Shown: positions 61,656-64,000 of the stretch, one piece after another
How positions within the stretch are numbered: the stretch's first letter is position 1
How the letters are laid out: the number at the start of each line of letters is the position of its first letter
NCBI GenBank assembly: GCA_963828495.1
Contig: CAWHFJ010000011.1
Location: 32,623-96,622 of the forward strand
Source: Candidatus Omnitrophota bacterium
GTDB lineage: Bacteria > Omnitrophota > Gorgyraeia > Zapsychrales > Fredricksoniimonadaceae
Reading direction: 5' to 3'
DNA length: 64,000 nucleotides
Position numbers and translations under genes: made by a program
Notes under the pieces: generated by a model
Databases searched by the model: none
Told to the model about the DNA's origin: nothing
What the model saw: the letters and a program-made list of their open reading frames with translations, nothing else

Positions 61656-62836
61656 TTACGTTACCTTAATTTTATTTTGATATTCTGGTTTCAGATATTC
61701 TTCATTTAAAATAATCGATGCAATGATATTTATAGCAACATCAATATCTTCTTTACAAATATAAAGCGAATTTGCGCTCATCCGTATCAAGTTTGGTGCC
61801 CGATGATCACAGATAACGCCACGCGCTATTAACGCTCTTGATATTGAATAAGCATAATCATGAAAGAAAGCAATGTGTCCACCACGAAACGTGTTTTGTG
61901 CAGGTGAAATGCAAACAAGTTCTGGTGCAATTGTTTTGATTGCTTCCATTAAATAGTCACAAAGTATTGCGCTTTGTTCACGCAACACTTTTATATCAAT
62001 TCCTTCAAATACTTCCAACGCACCTTCTAATGCTTTAAGACTAAAAATATAGGGTGTACCCACCATAAATTTCACTGCATTACTCGTTGCTGTATAGCTA
62101 TTTGAAAAATCAAATGGAGATTGATGTCCCATCCACCCAAATCTTGGTGATTGGGCTTTTTTATGATGCTTTTTGTTAATATAAACAGAACCTTGGCGCT
62201 CCTGGTCCTCCATTTAGGTATTTATATGTACATCCGACTGCAAAATCAACGTCGCAATCTTTAAGTGAAAGAGGCGTACCACACCAATACTATGAGACAA
62301 ATCCCATATAACGACAATTCCAAGTGTATGTGCTTTCGCTGTAATTGTTTTCATATCATACACTTTGCCACTACGGTAATTTACGTGCGTTAGCAATAAC
62401 ACAGCTATATTTTCCGTCATCGCATCTTGTCTCTGTCAGGCTTCACTGATTTAATTATTATGCTTTCATTTGAGCTTTCCATCCCTTGCGCCACATCTGA
62501 AATTGTCAGGAAAATTTTCACTGTCCGTCAAAACAATATTACGATCTTCATTTAAGCGACAAGCACAATGAAGTACTTTATATAAGTTCACTGATGTGCT
62601 ATCACACACGGCAACCTCACTCTTTGAAGACACCTAATAGATAAGCCAATTTTTCACTTGATCCGATATGGCAAATCAATCCATTGACATTCACTCCATG
62701 CGGCCACACCATGTTGGGCCCAATCAGCTAGCGCCATTGATATTTTTTATTTAAGCTTGTCTTAGTGCTTCGGGCCTAATGAATGACCGCATAAGTAAAT
62801 GGCACTTTCTGGAAGAATAAAGTCATTTAATTTCAT
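61656..62836 (-). pseudogene. kynU: Kynureninase pseudogene
   Basis: MKLNDFILPESAIYLCGHSLGPKH* followed by two further in-frame stops (TAA, TGA), then frame changes. Recognisable segments are EVAVCDSTSVNLYKVL, NIVLTDSENFP, AVLLLTHVNYRSGKVYDM, WDLSHS, and an intact-looking C-terminal third (ORF 61656..62213). Confidence 0.8.
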
Positions 62837-63670
62837 ATTTCTCTTCCTCTTAGAGCAATCACTCCTAACACAATCGCGCCAGTTAAAAGCTAAATCAGAA
62901 GGTGCAAGACCAAGTGTTAATGCTAAACCTTGAATTTGCTGATAAATTAAGGCGCCTACCAATGGGGCTATTAATTGTTTGTTCAAACACGTTGGTTTAA
63001 CAATGCTTTCACCAATCATAAGCGCAGCTAGCGCATCGATAACCATTCCAACTCCCATGTTAATATCCATATAACTTTGGAGCTGCACCATCAATCCGCC
63101 GGCAAGACCGGTATAACAATTGGCTATAAATAATCCTAAAATAGTATACTCAGCAACACTAATTCCTTGACTTCTAGCAAAGTCAGGATTTGTCCCCACA
63201 GCACGTAATCTCAGACCAATTTCAGTACGAATAAACATAAGTAAAGGAGCAATCAAACAAGCGATAAAAAATATTAACATTAAGCTAATGATGATTAAAT
63301 TATCTCCTGGGAACAAAGACGGTTTGTCAAATAAAGCAATATTTGGCTTACCCATTATTCTCAAATCAACACTATATAACATTGTGCTTACAATTATCCT
63401 TGCCAACAATGGTATTGACTTTTAAGCGCAAATGAACAGTCGCTGTAGCAATACCGATAAGTCCTGAACTAAGGGCACCAATGATTAAGGCATAGCAAGG
63501 GTTGATACCATTTATAATTAAACTAGCGCAAACAGCTCCACCTAATGGGTAGGCACCTCTGCCGTTAAGTCTGGAAAATTCAACAATCTAAACGGAATAG
63601 TAGCCCCATAGGCGACTAATGTTGAATTTACGACTTGTAAAAGCACTGTTGTCATAACAAGTTCATACAT
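62833..63670 (-). pseudogene. ABC transporter permease (COG4120-like), frameshifted
   Basis: MYELVMTTVLLQVVNSTLVAYGATIPFRLLNFPDLTAE... is broken at ~63560 and ~63415. The middle part is ORF 62762..63409 (LYSVDLRIMGKPNIALF). The C-terminus ...LTGAIVLGVIALRGREI* lies in another frame, and its stop overlaps the kynU ATG. Confidence 0.7.
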
Positions 63671-63676
63671 GATAGT

Positions 63677-64000
63677 TTAACTCCGAAGATAAAAGACTTT
63701 GTCTTCATATTCATGAAATAAATTCAGCAAATATTTTGGACCTAATGCTAGCTTTTGCTTGCCATTAATATCCAGAGCGATATCGCCTTGATGTAACATA
63801 ATGAGACGATTACCGTATTTGATGGCATCGTCTAAATGATGCGTTATCATGATAGTTGTGATTTTATGCTTTGCTACGTTTTTTACAGTAAAATCCATAA
63901 GATTTTTTTTGGGACTTTGGATCAAGTGCACTTGTATGCTCATCAAGTAGCAGTAGCTTAGGTGTTGGAATCATTGCCATCAATAGAGCAATCGTGTCTT
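63677..64000 (-). pseudogene. ABC transporter ATP-binding protein, partial at window edge, frameshift in an A8 run (~63905)
   Basis: ...PKLLLLDEHTSALDPKS (Walker B / D-loop), then out of frame ...LMDFTVKNVAKHKITTIMITHHLDDAIKYGNRLIMLHQGDI. Confidence 0.7.

Overview
Gene-dense bacterial chromosome window. Nearly all genes are on the minus strand, and the lipid A, BamA and heptose genes show the organism is diderm.

Housekeeping blocks:
- aroB
- the heptose pathway and pfkA
- accBC-efp
- lipB-icd
- lpxI-lpxA-lpxC/fabZ-lpxD-skp-bamA
- dnaB-rplI-rpsR-ssb-rpsF-pth-rplY-prs-glmU
- ispE and hisG
- two tRNAs

LamG-pseudopilins and a 'small basic protein' hint weakly at a PVC/Omnitrophota-like lineage; this is inference only.

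The standout is a compact type II secretion / type IV filament-like operon at 1..9581 on the minus strand. Its gene order is pseudopilins, secretin, CheY-type receiver, GspE-like ATPase, GspF-like platform. The first gene encodes an 802-aa protein. It is a complete GspG-like pseudopilin fused to a Cys-rich region, four FN3 domains and a 140-aa Hint (bacterial intein-like) domain that lacks a +1 nucleophile. I have not seen this architecture described.

Other observations:
- A ~125-nt conserved intergenic element sits upstream of both an M50 protease gene and lpxC/fabZ.
- The tRNA-Gln 3' end is duplicated.
- Two consensus promoters are placed for leaderless transcripts.

Caveats:
- At least 12 single-base frameshifts fall in conserved genes, mostly at homopolymers. 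This looks like sequence error.
- The right end (61.1-64 kb) is compositionally foreign. A ~535-bp high-GC block is followed by AT-rich genes with in-frame stops, which suggests a chimeric or concatenated assembly or a decaying island.

No CRISPR array, rRNA, transposase or integrase was seen.
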